From assembly GCA_964057225.1 (NCBI GenBank), contig OZ059899.1, positions 310,001-374,000 on the forward strand: a stretch of 64,000 bases of DNA, in the 5' to 3' direction. Origin of the DNA: Auanema rhodensis (Eukaryota > Animalia > Nematoda). The first letter of the stretch is position 1. Each line of letters starts with the position of its first letter. This document shows positions 28,901 through 43,900 of this stretch, piece after piece. The translations under genes and the position numbers were made by a program. Below the pieces are notes generated by a model. That model searched no databases, was not told where the DNA came from, and saw only the letters and a program-made list of their open reading frames with translations.

Positions 28901-31900
28901 GACTAATATGGACATGGGGAATCTAATTTTGAAAACCGCATCTCTTTATCTTTCACGTGAAGCGAGTTACATACCAAGTGCACATCACGTGTACATTTAA
29001 TTAGCATAAATTAAAGTTCACGTAAATTTCAAAGTCATGGTTACCATTAACCAATATCAATAAAAATTTGTTTTTAGACTAATATGGACATGGGGAATCT
29101 AATTTTAAAAACCGCATCTCTTTATCTTTCACGTGAAGCGAGTTACATACCAAGTGCACATCACGTGTACATTTAATTAGCATAAATTAAAGTTCACGTA
29201 AATTTCAAAGTCATGGTTACCATGCACCAATATCAATAAAAATTTGTTTTTAGACTAATATGGACATGGGGAATCTAATTTTGAAAACCGCATCTCTTTA
29301 TCTTTCACGTGAAGCGAGTTATATACCAAGTGCACATCACGTGCACATTTAATTAGCATAAATTAAAGTTCACGTAAATTTCAAAGTCATGGTTACCATG
29401 CACCAATATCAATAAAAATTTGTTTTTAGACTAATATGGACATGGGGAATCTAATTTTGAAAACCGCATCTCTTTATCTTTCACGTGAAGCGAGTTACAT
29501 ACCAAGTGCACATCACGTCTACATTTAATTAGCATAAATTAAAGTTCACGTAAATTTCAAAGTCATGGTTACCATGCACCAATATCAATAAAAATTAGTT
29601 TTTAGACTAATATGGACATGTGGAATCTAATGTTGAAAACCGCATTTCTTTATCTTTCACGTGAAGCGAGTTACATACCAAGTGCACATCACGTGTACAT
29701 TTAATTAGCATAAATTAAAGTTCACGTAAATTTCAAAGTCATGGTTACCATGAACCAATATCAATAAAAATTTGTTTTTAGACTAATATGGACATGGGAA
29801 ATCAAATTTTGAAAACCGCATCTCTTTATCTTTCACGTGAAGCGAGTTACATACCAAGTGCACATCACGTGTACATTTAATTAGCATAAATTAAAGTTCA
29901 CGTAAATTTCAAAGTCATGGTTACCATGAACCAATATCAATAAAAATTTGTTTTTAGACTAATATGGACATGGGGAATCTAATTTTGAAAACCGCATCAC
30001 TTTATCTTTCACGTGAAGCGAGTTACATACCAAGTGCACATCACGTGTACATTTAATTAGCATAAATTAAAGTTCACGTAAATTTCAAAGTCATGGTTAC
30101 CATGAACCAATATCAATAAAAATTTGTTTTTAGACTAATATGGACATGGGGAATCAAATTTTGAAAACCGCATCTCTTTATCTTTCACGTGAAGCGAGTT
30201 ACATACCAAGTGCACATCACGTGTACATTTAATTAGCATAAATTAAAGTTCACGTAAATTTCAAAGTCATGGTTACCATGAACCAATATCAATACAAAAT
30301 TTGTTTTTAGACTAATATGGACATGGGGAATCTAATTTTGAAAACCGCATCACTTTATCTTTCACGTGAAGCGAGTTACATACCAAGTGCACATCACGTG
30401 TACATTTAATTAGCATAAATTAAAGTTCACGTAAATTTCAAAGTCATGGTTACCATGCACCAATATCAATAAAAATTTGTTTTTAGACTAATATGGACAT
30501 GGGGAATCTAATGTTGAAAACCGCATCTCTTTATCTTTCACGTGAAGCAAGTTACATACCAAGTGCACATCACGTGTACATTTAATTAGCATAAATTAAA
30601 GTTCACGTAAATTTCAAAGTCATGGTTACCATGCACCAATATCAATAAAAATTTGTTTTTAGACTAATATGGACATGAAGAATCTAATGTTGAAAACCGC
30701 ATCTCTTTATCTTTCACGTGAAGCGAGTTACATACCAAGTGCACATCACGTGTACATTTAATTAGCATAAATTAAAGTTCACGTAAATTTCAAAGTCATG
30801 GTTACCATGAACCAATATCAATAAAAATTTATTTTTAGACTAATATGGACATGGGGAATCTAATTTTGAAAACCGCATCTCTTTATCTTTCACGTGAAGC
30901 GAGTTACATACCAAGTGCACATCACGTGTACATTTAATTAGCATAAATTAAAGTTCACGTAAATTTCAAAGTCATTGTTACCATGCACCAATATCAATAA
31001 AAATTTGTTTTTAGACTAATATGGACATGGGGAATCTAATGTTGAAAACCGCATCTCTTTATCTTTCACGTGAAGCGAGTTACATACCAAGTGCACATCA
31101 CGTGTACATTTAATTAGCATAAATTAAAGTTCACGTAAATTTCAACGTCATGGTTACCATGAACCAATATCAATACAAATTTGTTTTTAGACTAATATGG
31201 ACATGGGGAATCTAATTTTGAAAACCGCATCACTTTATCTTTCACGTGAAGCGAGTTACATACCAAGTGCACATCACGTGTACATTTAATTAGCATAAAT
31301 TAAAGTTCACGTAAATTTCAAAGTCATGGTTACCATGCACCAATATCAATAAAAATTTGTTTTTAGACTAATATGGACATGGGGAATCTAATGTTGAAAA
31401 CCGCATCTCTTTATCTTTCACGTGAAGCGAGTTACATACCAAGTGCACATCACGTGTACATTTAATTAGCATAAATTAAAGTTCACGTAAATTTCAAAGT
31501 CATGGTTACCATGCACCAATATCAATAAAAATTTGTTTTTAGACTAATATGGACATGGGGAATCTAATGTTGAAAACCGCATCTCTTTATCTTTCACGTG
31601 AAGCGAGTTACATACCAAGTGCACATCACGTGTACATTTAATTAGCATAAATTAAAGTTCACGTAAATTTCAAAGTCATGGTTACCATGAACCAATATCA
31701 ATAAAAATTTGTTTTTAGACTAATATGGACATGGGGAATCTAATTTTGAAAACCGCATCACTTTATCTTTCACGTGAAGCGAGTTACATACCAAGTGCAC
31801 ATCACGTGTACATTTAATTAGCATAAATTAAAGTTCACGTAAATTTCAAAGTCATGGTTACCATGCACCAATATCAATAAAAATTTGTTTTTAGACTAAT

Positions 31901-34900
31901 ATGGACATGGGGAATCTAATGTTGAAAACCGCATCTCTTCATCTTTCACGTGAAGCAAGTTACATACCAAGTGCACATCACGTGTACATTTAATTAGCAT
32001 AAATTAAAGTTCACGTAAATTTCAAAGTCATTGTTACCATGCACCAATATCAATAAAAATTTGTTTTTAGACTAATATGGACATGGGGAATCAAATTTTG
32101 AAAACCGCATCTCTTTATCTTTCACGTGAAGCGAGTTACATACCAAGTGCACATCACGTGTACATTTAATTAGCATAAATTAAAGTTCACGTAAATTTCA
32201 AAGTCATGGTTACCATGCACCAATATCAATAAAAATTTGTTTTTAGACTAATATGGACATGGGGAATCTAATGTTGAAAACCGCATCTCTTCATCTTTCA
32301 CGTGAAGCAAGTTACATACCAAGTGCACATCACGTGTACATTTAATTAGCATAAATTAAAGTTCACGTAAATTTCAAAGTCATGGTTACCATGCACCAAT
32401 ATCAATAAAAATTTGTTTTTAGACTAATATGGACATGGGGAATCTAATGTTGAAAACCGCATCTCTTTATCTTTCACGTGAAGCGAGTTACATACCAAGT
32501 GCACATCACGTGTACATTTAATTAGCATAAATTAAAGTTCACGTAAATTTCAAAGTCATGGTTACCATGAACCAATATCAATAAAAATTTGTTTTTAGAC
32601 TAATATGGACATGGGGAATCTAATTTTGAAAACCGCATCTCTTTATCTTTCACGTGAAGCGAGTTACATACCAAGTGCACATCACGTGTACATTTAATTA
32701 GCATAAATTAAAGTTCACGTAAATTTCAAAGTCATTGTTACCATGCACCAATATCAATAAAAATTTGTTTTTAGACTAATATGGACATGGGGAATCTAAT
32801 GTTGAAAACCGCATCTCTTTATCTTTCACGTGAAGCGAGTTACATACCAAGTGCACATCACGTGTACATTTAATTAGCATAAATTAAAGTTCACGTAAAT
32901 TTCAACGTCATGGTTACCATGAACCAATATCAATACAAATTTGTTTTTAGACTAATATGGACATGGGGAATCTAATTTTGAAAACCGCATCACTTTATCT
33001 TTCACGTGAAGCGAGTTACATACCAAGTGCACATCACGTGTACATTTAATTAGCATAAATTAAAGTTCACGTAAATTTCAAAGTCATGGTTACCATGCAC
33101 CAATATCAATAAAAATTTGTTTTTAGACTAATATGGACATGGGGAATCTAATGTTGAAAACCGCATCTCTTTATCTTTCACGTGAAGCGAGTTACATACC
33201 AAGTGCACATCACGTGTACATTTAATTAGCATAAATTAAAGTTCACGTAAATTTCAAAGTCATGGTTACCATGCACCAATATCAATAAAAATTTGTTTTT
33301 AGACTAATATGGACATGGGGAATCTAATGTTGAAAACCGCATCTCTTTATCTTTCACGTGAAGCGAGTTACATACCAAGTGCACATCACGTGTACATTTA
33401 ATTAGCATAAATTAAAGTTCACTTAAAATTCAAAGTCATGGTTACCATGCACCAATATCAATAAAAATTTGTTTTTAGACTAATATGGACATGGGGAATC
33501 TAATGTTGAAAACCGCATCTCTTTATCTTTCACGTGGAGCGAGTTACATACCAAGTGCACATCACGTGTACATTTAATTAGCATAAATTAAAGTTCACGT
33601 AAATTTCAAAGTCATTGTTACCATGCACCAATATCAATAAAAATTTGTTTTTAGACTAATATGGACATGGGGAATCAAATTTTGAAAACCGCATCTCTTT
33701 ATCTTTCACGTGAAGCGAGTTACATACCAAGTGCACATCACGTGTACATTTAATTAGCATAAATTAAAGTTCACGTAAATTTCAAAGTCATGGTTACCAT
33801 GCACCAATATCAATAAAAATTTGTTTTTAGACTAATATGGACATGGGGAATCTAATGTTGAAAACCGCATCTCTTCATCTTTCACGTGAAGCAAGTTACA
33901 TACCAAGTGCACATCACGTGTACATTTAATTAGCATAAATTAAAGTTCACGTAAATTTCAAAGTCATGGTTACCATGCACCAATATCAATAAAAATTTGT
34001 TTTTAGACTAATATGGACATGGGGAATCTAATGTTGAAAACCGCATCTCTTTATCTTTCACGTGAAGCGAGTTACATACCAAGTGCACATCACGTGTACA
34101 TTTAATTAGCATAAATTAAAGTTCACGTAAATTTCAAAGTCATGGTTACCATGAACCAATATCAATAAAAATTTGTTTTTAGACTAATATGGACATGGGG
34201 AATCTAATTTTGAAAACCGCATCTCTTTATCTTTCACGTGAAGCGAGTTACATACCAAGTGCACATCACGTGTACATTTAATTAGCATAAATTAAAGTTC
34301 ACGTAAATTTCAAAGTCATTGTTACCATGCACCAATATCAATAAAAATTTGTTTTTAGACTAATATGGACATGGGGAATCTAATGTTGAAAACCGCATCT
34401 CTTTATCTTTCACGTGAAGCGAGTTACATACCAAGTGCACATCACGTGTACATTTAATTAGCATAAATTAAAGTTCACGTAAATTTCAACGTCATGGTTA
34501 CCATGAACCAATATCAATACAAATTTGTTTTTAGACTAATATGGACATGGGGAATCTAATTTTGAAAACCGCATCACTTTATCTTTCACGTGAAGCGAGT
34601 TACATACCAAGTGCACATCACGTGTACATTTAATTAGCATAAATTAAAGTTCACGTAAATTTCAAAGTCATGGTTACCATGCACCAATATCAATAAAAAT
34701 TTGTTTTTAGACTAATATGGACATGGGGAATCTAATGTTGAAAACCGCATCTCTTTATCTTTCACGTGAAGCGAGTTACATACCAAGTGCACATCACGTG
34801 TACATTTAATTAGCATAAATTAAAGTTCACGTAAATTTCAAAGTCATGGTTACCATGCACCAATATCAATAAAAATTTGTTTTTAGACTAATATGGACAT

Positions 34901-37900
34901 GGGGAATCTAATGTTGAAAACCGCATCTCTTTATCTTTCACGTGAAGCGAGTTACATACCAAGTGCACATCACGTGTACATTTAATTAGCATAAATTAAA
35001 GTTCACGTAAATTTCAAAGTCATGGTTACCATGAACCAATATCAATAAAAATTTGTTTTTAGACTAATATGGACATGGGGAATCTAATTTTGAAAACCGC
35101 ATCACTTTATCTTTCACGTGAAGCGAGTTACATACCAAGTGCACATCACGTGTACATTTAATTAGCATAAATTAAAGTTCACGTAAAATTCAAAGTCATG
35201 GTTACCATGCACCAATATCAATAAAAATTTGTTTTTAGACTAATATGGACATGGGGAATCTAATGTTGAAAACCGCATCTCTTTATCTTTCACATGAAGC
35301 GAGTTACATACCAAGTGCACATCACGTGTACATTTAATTAGCATAAATTAAAGTTCACGTAAATTTCAAAGTCATGGTTACCATGCACCAATATCAATAA
35401 AAATTTGTTTTTAGACTAATATGGACATGGGGAATCTAATTTTGAAAACCGCATCACTTTATCTTTCACGTGAAGCGAGTTACATACCAAGTGCACATCA
35501 CGTGTACATTTCATTAGCATAAATTAAAGTTCACTTAAAATTCAAAGTCATGGTTACCATGCACCAATATCAATAAAAATTTGTTTTTAGACTAATATGG
35601 ACATGGGGAATCTAATGTTGAAAACCGCATCTCTTTATCTTTCACGTGAAGCGAGTTACATACCAAGTGCACATCACGTGTACATTTAATTAGCATAAAT
35701 TAAAGTTCACGTAAATTTCAAAGTCATGGTTACCATGAACCAATATCAATAAAAATTTGTTTTTAGACTAATATGGACATGGGGAATCTAATTTTGAAAA
35801 CCGCATCTCTTTATCTTTCACGTGAAGCGAGTTACATACCAAGTGCACATCACGTGTACATTTAATTAGCATAAATTAAAGTTCACGTAAATTTCAAAGT
35901 CATTGTTACCATGCACCAATATCAATAAAAATTTGTTTTTAGACTAATATGGACATGGGGAATCTAATGTTGAAAACCGCATCTCTTTATCTTTCACGTG
36001 AAGCGAGTTACATACCAAGTGCACATCACGTGTACATTTAATTAGCATAAATTAAAGTTCACGTAAATTTCAACGTCATGGTTACCATGAACCAATATCA
36101 ATACAAATTTGTTTTTAGACTAATATGGACATGGGGAATCTAATTTTGAAAACCGCATCACTTTATCTTTCACGTGAAGCGAGTTACATACCAAGTGCAC
36201 ATCACGTGTACATTTAATTAGCATAAATTAAAGTTCACGTAAATTTCAAAGTCATGGTTACCATGCACCAATATCAATAAAAATTTGTTTTTAGACTAAT
36301 ATGGACATGGGGAATCTAATTTTGAAAACCGCATCACTTTATCTTTCACGTGAAGCGAGTTACATACCAAGTGCACATCACGTGTACATTTCATTAGCAT
36401 AAATTAAAGTTCACTTAAAATTCAAAGTCATGGTTACCATGCACCAATATCAATAAAAATTTGTTTTTAGACTAATATGGACATGGGGAATCTAATGTTG
36501 AAAACCGCATCTCTTTATCTTTCACGTGAAGCGAGTTACATACCAAGTGCACATCACGTGTACATTTCATTAGCATAAATTAAAGTTCACTTAAAATTCA
36601 AAGTCATGGTTACCATGCACCAATATCAATAAAAATTTGTTTTTAGACTAATATGGACATGGGGAATCTAATGTTGAAAACCGCATCTCTTTATCTTTCA
36701 CGTGAAGCGAGTTACATACCAAGTGCACATCACGTGTACATTTAATTAGCATAAATTAAAGTTCACGTAAATTTCAAAGTCATGGTTACCATGAACCAAT
36801 ATCAATAAAAATTTGTTTTTAGACTAATATGGACATGGGGAATCTAATTTTGAAAACCGCATCACTTTATCTTTCACGTGAAGCGAGTTACATACCAAGT
36901 GCACATCACGTGTACATTTCATTAGCATAAATTAAAGTTCACTTAAAATTCAAAGTCATGGTTACCATGCACCAATATCAATAAAAATTTGTTTTTAGAC
37001 TAATATGGACATGGGGAATCTAATGTTGAAAACCGCATCTCTTTATCTTTCACGTGAAGCGAGTTACATACCAAGTGCACATCACGTGTACATTTCATTA
37101 GCATAAATTAAAGTTCACTTAAAATTCAAAGTCATGGTTACCATGCACCAATATCAATAAAAATTTGTTTTTAGACTAATATGGACATGGGGAATCTAAT
37201 GTTGAAAACCGCATCTCTTTATCTTTCACGTGAAGCGAGTTACATACCAAGTGCACATCACGTGTACATTTAATTAGCATAAATTAAAGTTCACGTAAAT
37301 TTCAAAGTCATGGTTACCATGAACCAATATCAATAAAAATTTGTTTTTAGACTAATATGGACATGGGGAATCTAATGTTGAAAACCGCATCTCTTTATCT
37401 TTCACGTGAAGCGAGTTACATACCAAGTGCACATCACGTGTACATTTAATTAGCATAAATTAAAGTTCACGTAAATTTCAAAGTCATGGTTACCATGCAC
37501 CAATATCAATAAAAATTTGTTTTTAGACTAATATGGACATGGGGAATCTAATGTTGAAAACCGCATCTCTTTATCTTTCACGTGAAGCGAGTTACATACC
37601 AAGTGCACATCACGTGTACATTTAATTAGCATAAATTAAAGTTCACGTAAATTTCAAAGTCATGGTTACCATGAACCAATATCAATAAAAATTTGTTTTT
37701 AGACTAATATGGACATGGGGAATCTAATTTTGAAAACCGCATCACTTTATCTTTCACGTGAAGCGAGTTACATACCAAGTGCACATCACGTGTACATTTA
37801 ATTAGCATAAATTAAAGTTCACGTAAAATTCAAAGTCATGGTTACCATGCACCAATATCAATAAAAATTTGTTTTTAGACTAATATGGACATGGGGAATC

Positions 37901-40900
37901 TAATGTTGAAAACCGCATCTCTTTATCTTTCACGTGAAGCGAGTTACATACCAAGTGCACATCACGTGTACATTTCATTAGCATAAATTAAAGTTCACTT
38001 AAAATTCAAAGTCATGGTTACCATGCACCAATATCAATAAAAATTTGTTTTTAGACTAATATGGACATGGGGAATCTAATGTTGAAAACCGCATCTCTTT
38101 ATCTTTCACGTGAAGCGAGTTACATACCAAGTGCACATCACGTGTACATTTCATTAGCATAAATTAAAGTTCACTTAAAATTCAAAGTCATGGTTACCAT
38201 GCACCAATATCAATAAAAATTTGTTTTTAGACTAATATGGACATGGGGAATCTAATGTTGAAAACCGCATCTCTTTATCTTTCACGTGAAGCGAGTTACA
38301 TACCAAGTGCACATCACGTGTACATTTAATTAGCATAAATTAAAGTTCACGTAAATTTCAAAGTCATGGTTACCATGCACCAATATCAATAAAAATTTGT
38401 TTTTAGACTAATATGGACATGGGGAATCTAATGTTGAAAACCGCATCTCTTTATCTTTCACGTGAAGCGAGTTACATACCAAGTGCACATCACGTGTACA
38501 TTTAATTAGCATAAATTAAAGTTCACGTAAATTTCAAAGTCATGGTTACCATGAACCAATATCAATAAAAATTTGTTTTTAGACTAATATGGACATGGGG
38601 AATCTAATTTTGAAAACCGCATCTCTTTATCTTTCACGTGAAGCGAGTTACATACCAAGTGCACATCACGTGTACATTTAATTAGCATAAATTAAAGTTC
38701 ACGTAAATTTCAAAGTCATGGTTACCATGCACCAATATCAATAAAAATTTGTTTTTAGACTAATATGGACATGGGGAATCTAATTTTGAAAACCGCATCT
38801 CTTTATCTTTCACGTGAAGCGAGTTACATACCAAGTGCACATCACGTGTACATTTAATTAGCATAAATTGAAGTTCACGTAAATTTCAAAGTCATGGTTA
38901 CCATGAACCAATATCAATAGAAATTTGTTTTTAGACTAATATGGACATGTGGAATCTAATTTTGAAAACCGCATCTCTTTATCTTTCACGTGAAGCGAGT
39001 TACATACCAAGTGCACATCACGTGTACATTTAATTAGCATAAATTAAAGTTCACGTAAATTTCAAAGTCATGGTTACCATGAACCAATATCAATAAAAAT
39101 TTGTTTTTAGACTAATATGGACATAGGGAATCTAATTATGAAAACCGCATTTCTTCATCTTTCACGTGAAGCGAGTTACATACCAAGTGCACATCACGTG
39201 TACATTTAATTAGCATAAATTGAAGTTCACGTAAATTTCAAAGTCATGGTTACCATGAACCAATATCAATAAAAATTTGTTTTTAGACTAATATGGACAT
39301 AGGGAATCTAATTATGAAAACCGCATTTCTTCATCTTTCACGTGAAGCGAGTTACATACCAAGTGCACATCACGTGTACATTTAATTAGCATAAATTAAA
39401 GTTCACGTAAATTTCAAAGTCATGGTTACCATGAACCAATATCAATAAAAATTTGTTTTTAGACTAATATGGACATGGGGAATCTAATTTTGAAAACCGC
39501 ATCTCTTTATCTTTCACGTGAAGCGAGTTACATACCAAGTGCACATCACGTGTACATTTAATTAGCATAAATTAAAGTTCACGTAAATTTCAAAGTCATG
39601 GTTACCATGAACCAATATCAATAAAAATTTGTTTTTAGACTAATATGGACATAGGGAATCTAATTATGAAAACCGCATCTCTTCATCTTTCACGTGAAGC
39701 GAGTTACATACCAAGTGCACATCACGTGTACATTTAATTAGCATAAATTAAAGTTCACGTAAATTTCAAAGTCATGGTTACCATGAACCAATATCAATAA
39801 AAATTTGTTTTTAGACTAATATGGACATAGGGAATCTAATTTTGAAAACCGCATCTCTTCATCTTTCACGTGAAGCGAGTTACATACCAAGTGCACATCA
39901 CGTGTACATTTAATTAGCATAAATTGAAGTTCACGTAAATTTCAAAGTCATGGTTACCATGAACCAATATCAATAAAAATTTGTTTTTAGACTAATATGG
40001 ACATGGGGAATCTAATTTTGAAAACCGCATCAATTTATCTTTCACGTGAAGCGAGTTACATACCAAGTGCACATCACGTGTACATTTAATTAGCATAAAT
40101 TAAAGTTCACGTAAATTTCAAAGTCATGGTTACCATGCACCAATATCAATAAAAATTTGTTTTTAGACTAATATGGACATGGGGAATCTAATTTTGAAAA
40201 CCGCATCTCTTTATCTTTCACGTGAAGTGAGTTACATACCAAGTGCACATCACGTGTACATTTAATTAGCATAAATTAAAGTTCACGTAAATTTCAAAGT
40301 CATGGTTACCATGCACCAATATAAATAAAAATTTGTTTTTAGACTAATATGGACATGGGGAATCTAATTTTGGAAACCGCATCTCTTTATCTTTCACGTG
40401 AAGCGAGTTACATACCAAGTGCACATCACGTGTACATTTAATTAGCATAAATTAAAGATCACGTAAATTTCAAAGTCATGGTTACCATGAACCAATATCA
40501 ATAAAAATTTGTTTTTAGACTAATATGGACATGGGGAATCTAATTTTGAAAACCGCATCTCTTTATCTTTCACGTGAAGCGAGTTACATACCAAGTGCAC
40601 ATCACGTGTACATTTAATTAGCATAAATTAAAGTTCACGTAAATTTCAAAGTCATGGTTACCATGCACCAATATCAATAAAAATTTGTTTTTAGACTAAT
40701 ATGGACATGGGGAATCTAATTTTGAAAACCGCATCTCTTTATCTTTCACGTGAAGCGAGTTACATACCAAGTGCACATCACGTGTACATTTAATTAGCAT
40801 AAATTAAAGTTCACGTAAATTTCAAAGTCATGGTTACCATGCACCAATATCAATAAAAATTTGTTTTTAGACTAATATGGACATGGGGAATCTAATTTTG

Positions 40901-43900
40901 AAAACCGCATCTCTTTATCTTTCACGTGAAGCGAGTTACATACCAAGTGCACATCACGTGTACATTTAATTAGCATAAATTAAAGTTCACGTAAATTTCA
41001 AAGTCATGGTTACCATGAACCAATATCAATAAAAATTTGTTTTTAGACTAATATGGACATGGGGAATCTAATTTTGAAAACCTCATCTCTTTATCTTTCA
41101 CGTGAAGCGAGTTACATACCAAGTGCACATCACGTGTACATTTAATTAGCATAAATTAAAGTTCACGTAAATTTCAAAGTCATGGTTACCATGCACCAAT
41201 ATCAATAAAAATTTGTTTTTAGACTAATATGGACATGGGGAATCTAATTTTGAAAACCGCATCTCTTTATCTTTCACGTGAAGCGAGTTACATACCAAGG
41301 GCACATCACGTGTACATTTAATTAGCATAAATTAAAGTTCACGTAAATTTCAAAGTCATGGTTACCATGCACCAATATCAATAAAAATTTGTTTTTAGAC
41401 TAATATGGACATGGGAAATCTAATTTTGAAAACCGCATCTCTTTATCTTTCACGTGAAGCGAGTTACATACCAAGAGCACATCACGTGTACATTTAATTA
41501 GCATAAATTAAAGTTCACGTAAATTTCAAAGTCATGGTTACCATGCACCAATATCAATAAAAATCTGTTTTTAGACTAATATGGACATGGGGAATCTAAT
41601 TTTGGAAACCGCATCTCTTTATCTTTCACGTGAAGCGAGTTACATACCAAGTGCACATCACGTGTACATTTAATTAGCATAAATTAAAGTTCACGTAAAT
41701 TTCAAAGTCATGGTTACCATGCACCAATATCAATAAAAATTTGTTTTTAGACTAATATGGACATGGGGAATCTAATTTTGAAAACCGCATCTCTTTATCT
41801 TTCACGTGAAGTGAGTTACATACCAAGTGCACATCACGTGTACATTTAATTAGCATAAATTAAAGTTCACGTAAATTACAAAGTCATGGTTACCATGCAC
41901 CAATATCAATAAAAATTTGTTTTTAGACTAATATGGACATGAGGAATCTAATTTTGGAAACCGCATCTCTTTATCTTTCACGTGAAGCGAGTTACATACC
42001 AAGTGCACATCACGTGTACATTTAATTAGCATAAATTGAAGTTCACGTAAATTTCAAAGTCATGGTTACCATGAACCAATATCAATAAAAATTTGTTTTT
42101 AGACTAATATGGACATGGGGAATCTAATTTTGAAAACCGCATCTCTTTATCTTTCACGTGAAGCGAGTTACATACCAAGTGCACATCACGTGTACATTTA
42201 ATTAGCATAAATTAAAGTTCACGTAAATTTCAAAGTCATGGTTACCATGCACCAATATCAATAAAAATTTGTTTTTAGACTAATATGGACATGGGGAATC
42301 TAATTTTGAAAACCGCATCTCTTTATCTTTCACGTGAAGCGAGTTACATACCAAGTGCACATCACGTGTACATTTAATTAGCATAAATTAAAGTTCACGT
42401 AAATTTCAAAGTCATGGTTACCATGAACCAATATCAATAAAAATTTGTTTTTAGACTAATATGGACATGGGGAATCTAATTTTGAAAACCGCATCTCTTT
42501 ATCTTTCACGTGAAGCGAGTTACATACCAAGTGCACATTTAATTAGCATAAATTAAAGTTCACATAAATTTCAAAGTCATGGTTACCATGCACCAATATC
42601 AATAAAAATTTGTTTTTAGACTAATATGGACATGGCGAATCTAATTTTGAAAACCGCATCTCTTTATCTTTCACGTGAAGCGAGTTACATACCAAGTGCA
42701 CATCACGTGTACATTTAATTAGCATAAATTAAAGTTCACGTAAATTTCAAAGTCATGGTTACCATGCACCAATATCAATAAAAATTTGTTTTTAGACTAA
42801 TATGGACATGGGGAATCTAATGTTGAAAACCGCATCTCTTCATCTTTCACGTGAAGCAAGTTACATACCAAGTGCACATCACGTGTACATTTAATTAGCA
42901 TAAATTAAAGTTCACGTAAATTACAAAGTCATGGTTACCATGCACCAATATCAATAAAAATTTGTTTTTAGACTAATATGGACATGGGGAATCTAATTTT
43001 GAAAACCGCATCTCTTTATCTTTCACGTGAAGCGAGTTACATACCAAGTGCACATCACGTGTACATTTAATTAGCATAAATTAAAGTTCACGTAAATTTC
43101 AAAGTCATGGTTACCATGAACCAATATCAATAAAAATTTGTTTTTAGACTAATATGGACATGGGGAATCTAATTTTGAAAACCGCATCTCTTTATCTTTC
43201 ACGTGAAGCGAGTTACATACCAAGTGCACATTTAATTAGCATAAATTAAAGTTCACGTAAATTTCAAAGTCATGGTTACCATGCACCAATATCAATAAAA
43301 ATTTGTTTTTAGACTAATATGGACATGGCGAATCTAATTTTGAAAACCGCATCTCTTTATCTTTCACGTGAAGCGAGTTACATACCAAGTGCACATCACG
43401 TGTACATTTAATTAGCATAAATTAAAGTTCACGTAAATTTCAAAGTCATGGTTACCATGCACCAATATCAATAAAAATTTGTTTTTAGACTAATATGGAC
43501 ATGGGGAATCTAATTTTGAAAACCGCATCTCTTTATCTTTCACGTGAAGTGAGTTACATACCAAGTGCACATCACGTGTACATTTAATTAGCATAAATTA
43601 AAGTTCACGTAAATTACAAAGTCATGGTTACCATGCACCAATATCAATAAAAATTTGTTTTTAGACTAATATGGACATGAGGAATCTAATTTTGGAAACC
43701 GCATCTCTTTATCTTTCACGTGAAGCGAGTTACATACCAAGTGCACATCACGTGTACATTTAATTAGCATAAATTGAAGTTCACGTAAATTTCAAAGTCA
43801 TGGTTACCATGAACCAATATCAATAAAAATTTGTTTTTAGACTAATATGGACATGGGGAATCTAATTTTGAAAACCGCATCTCTTTATCTTTCACGTGAA

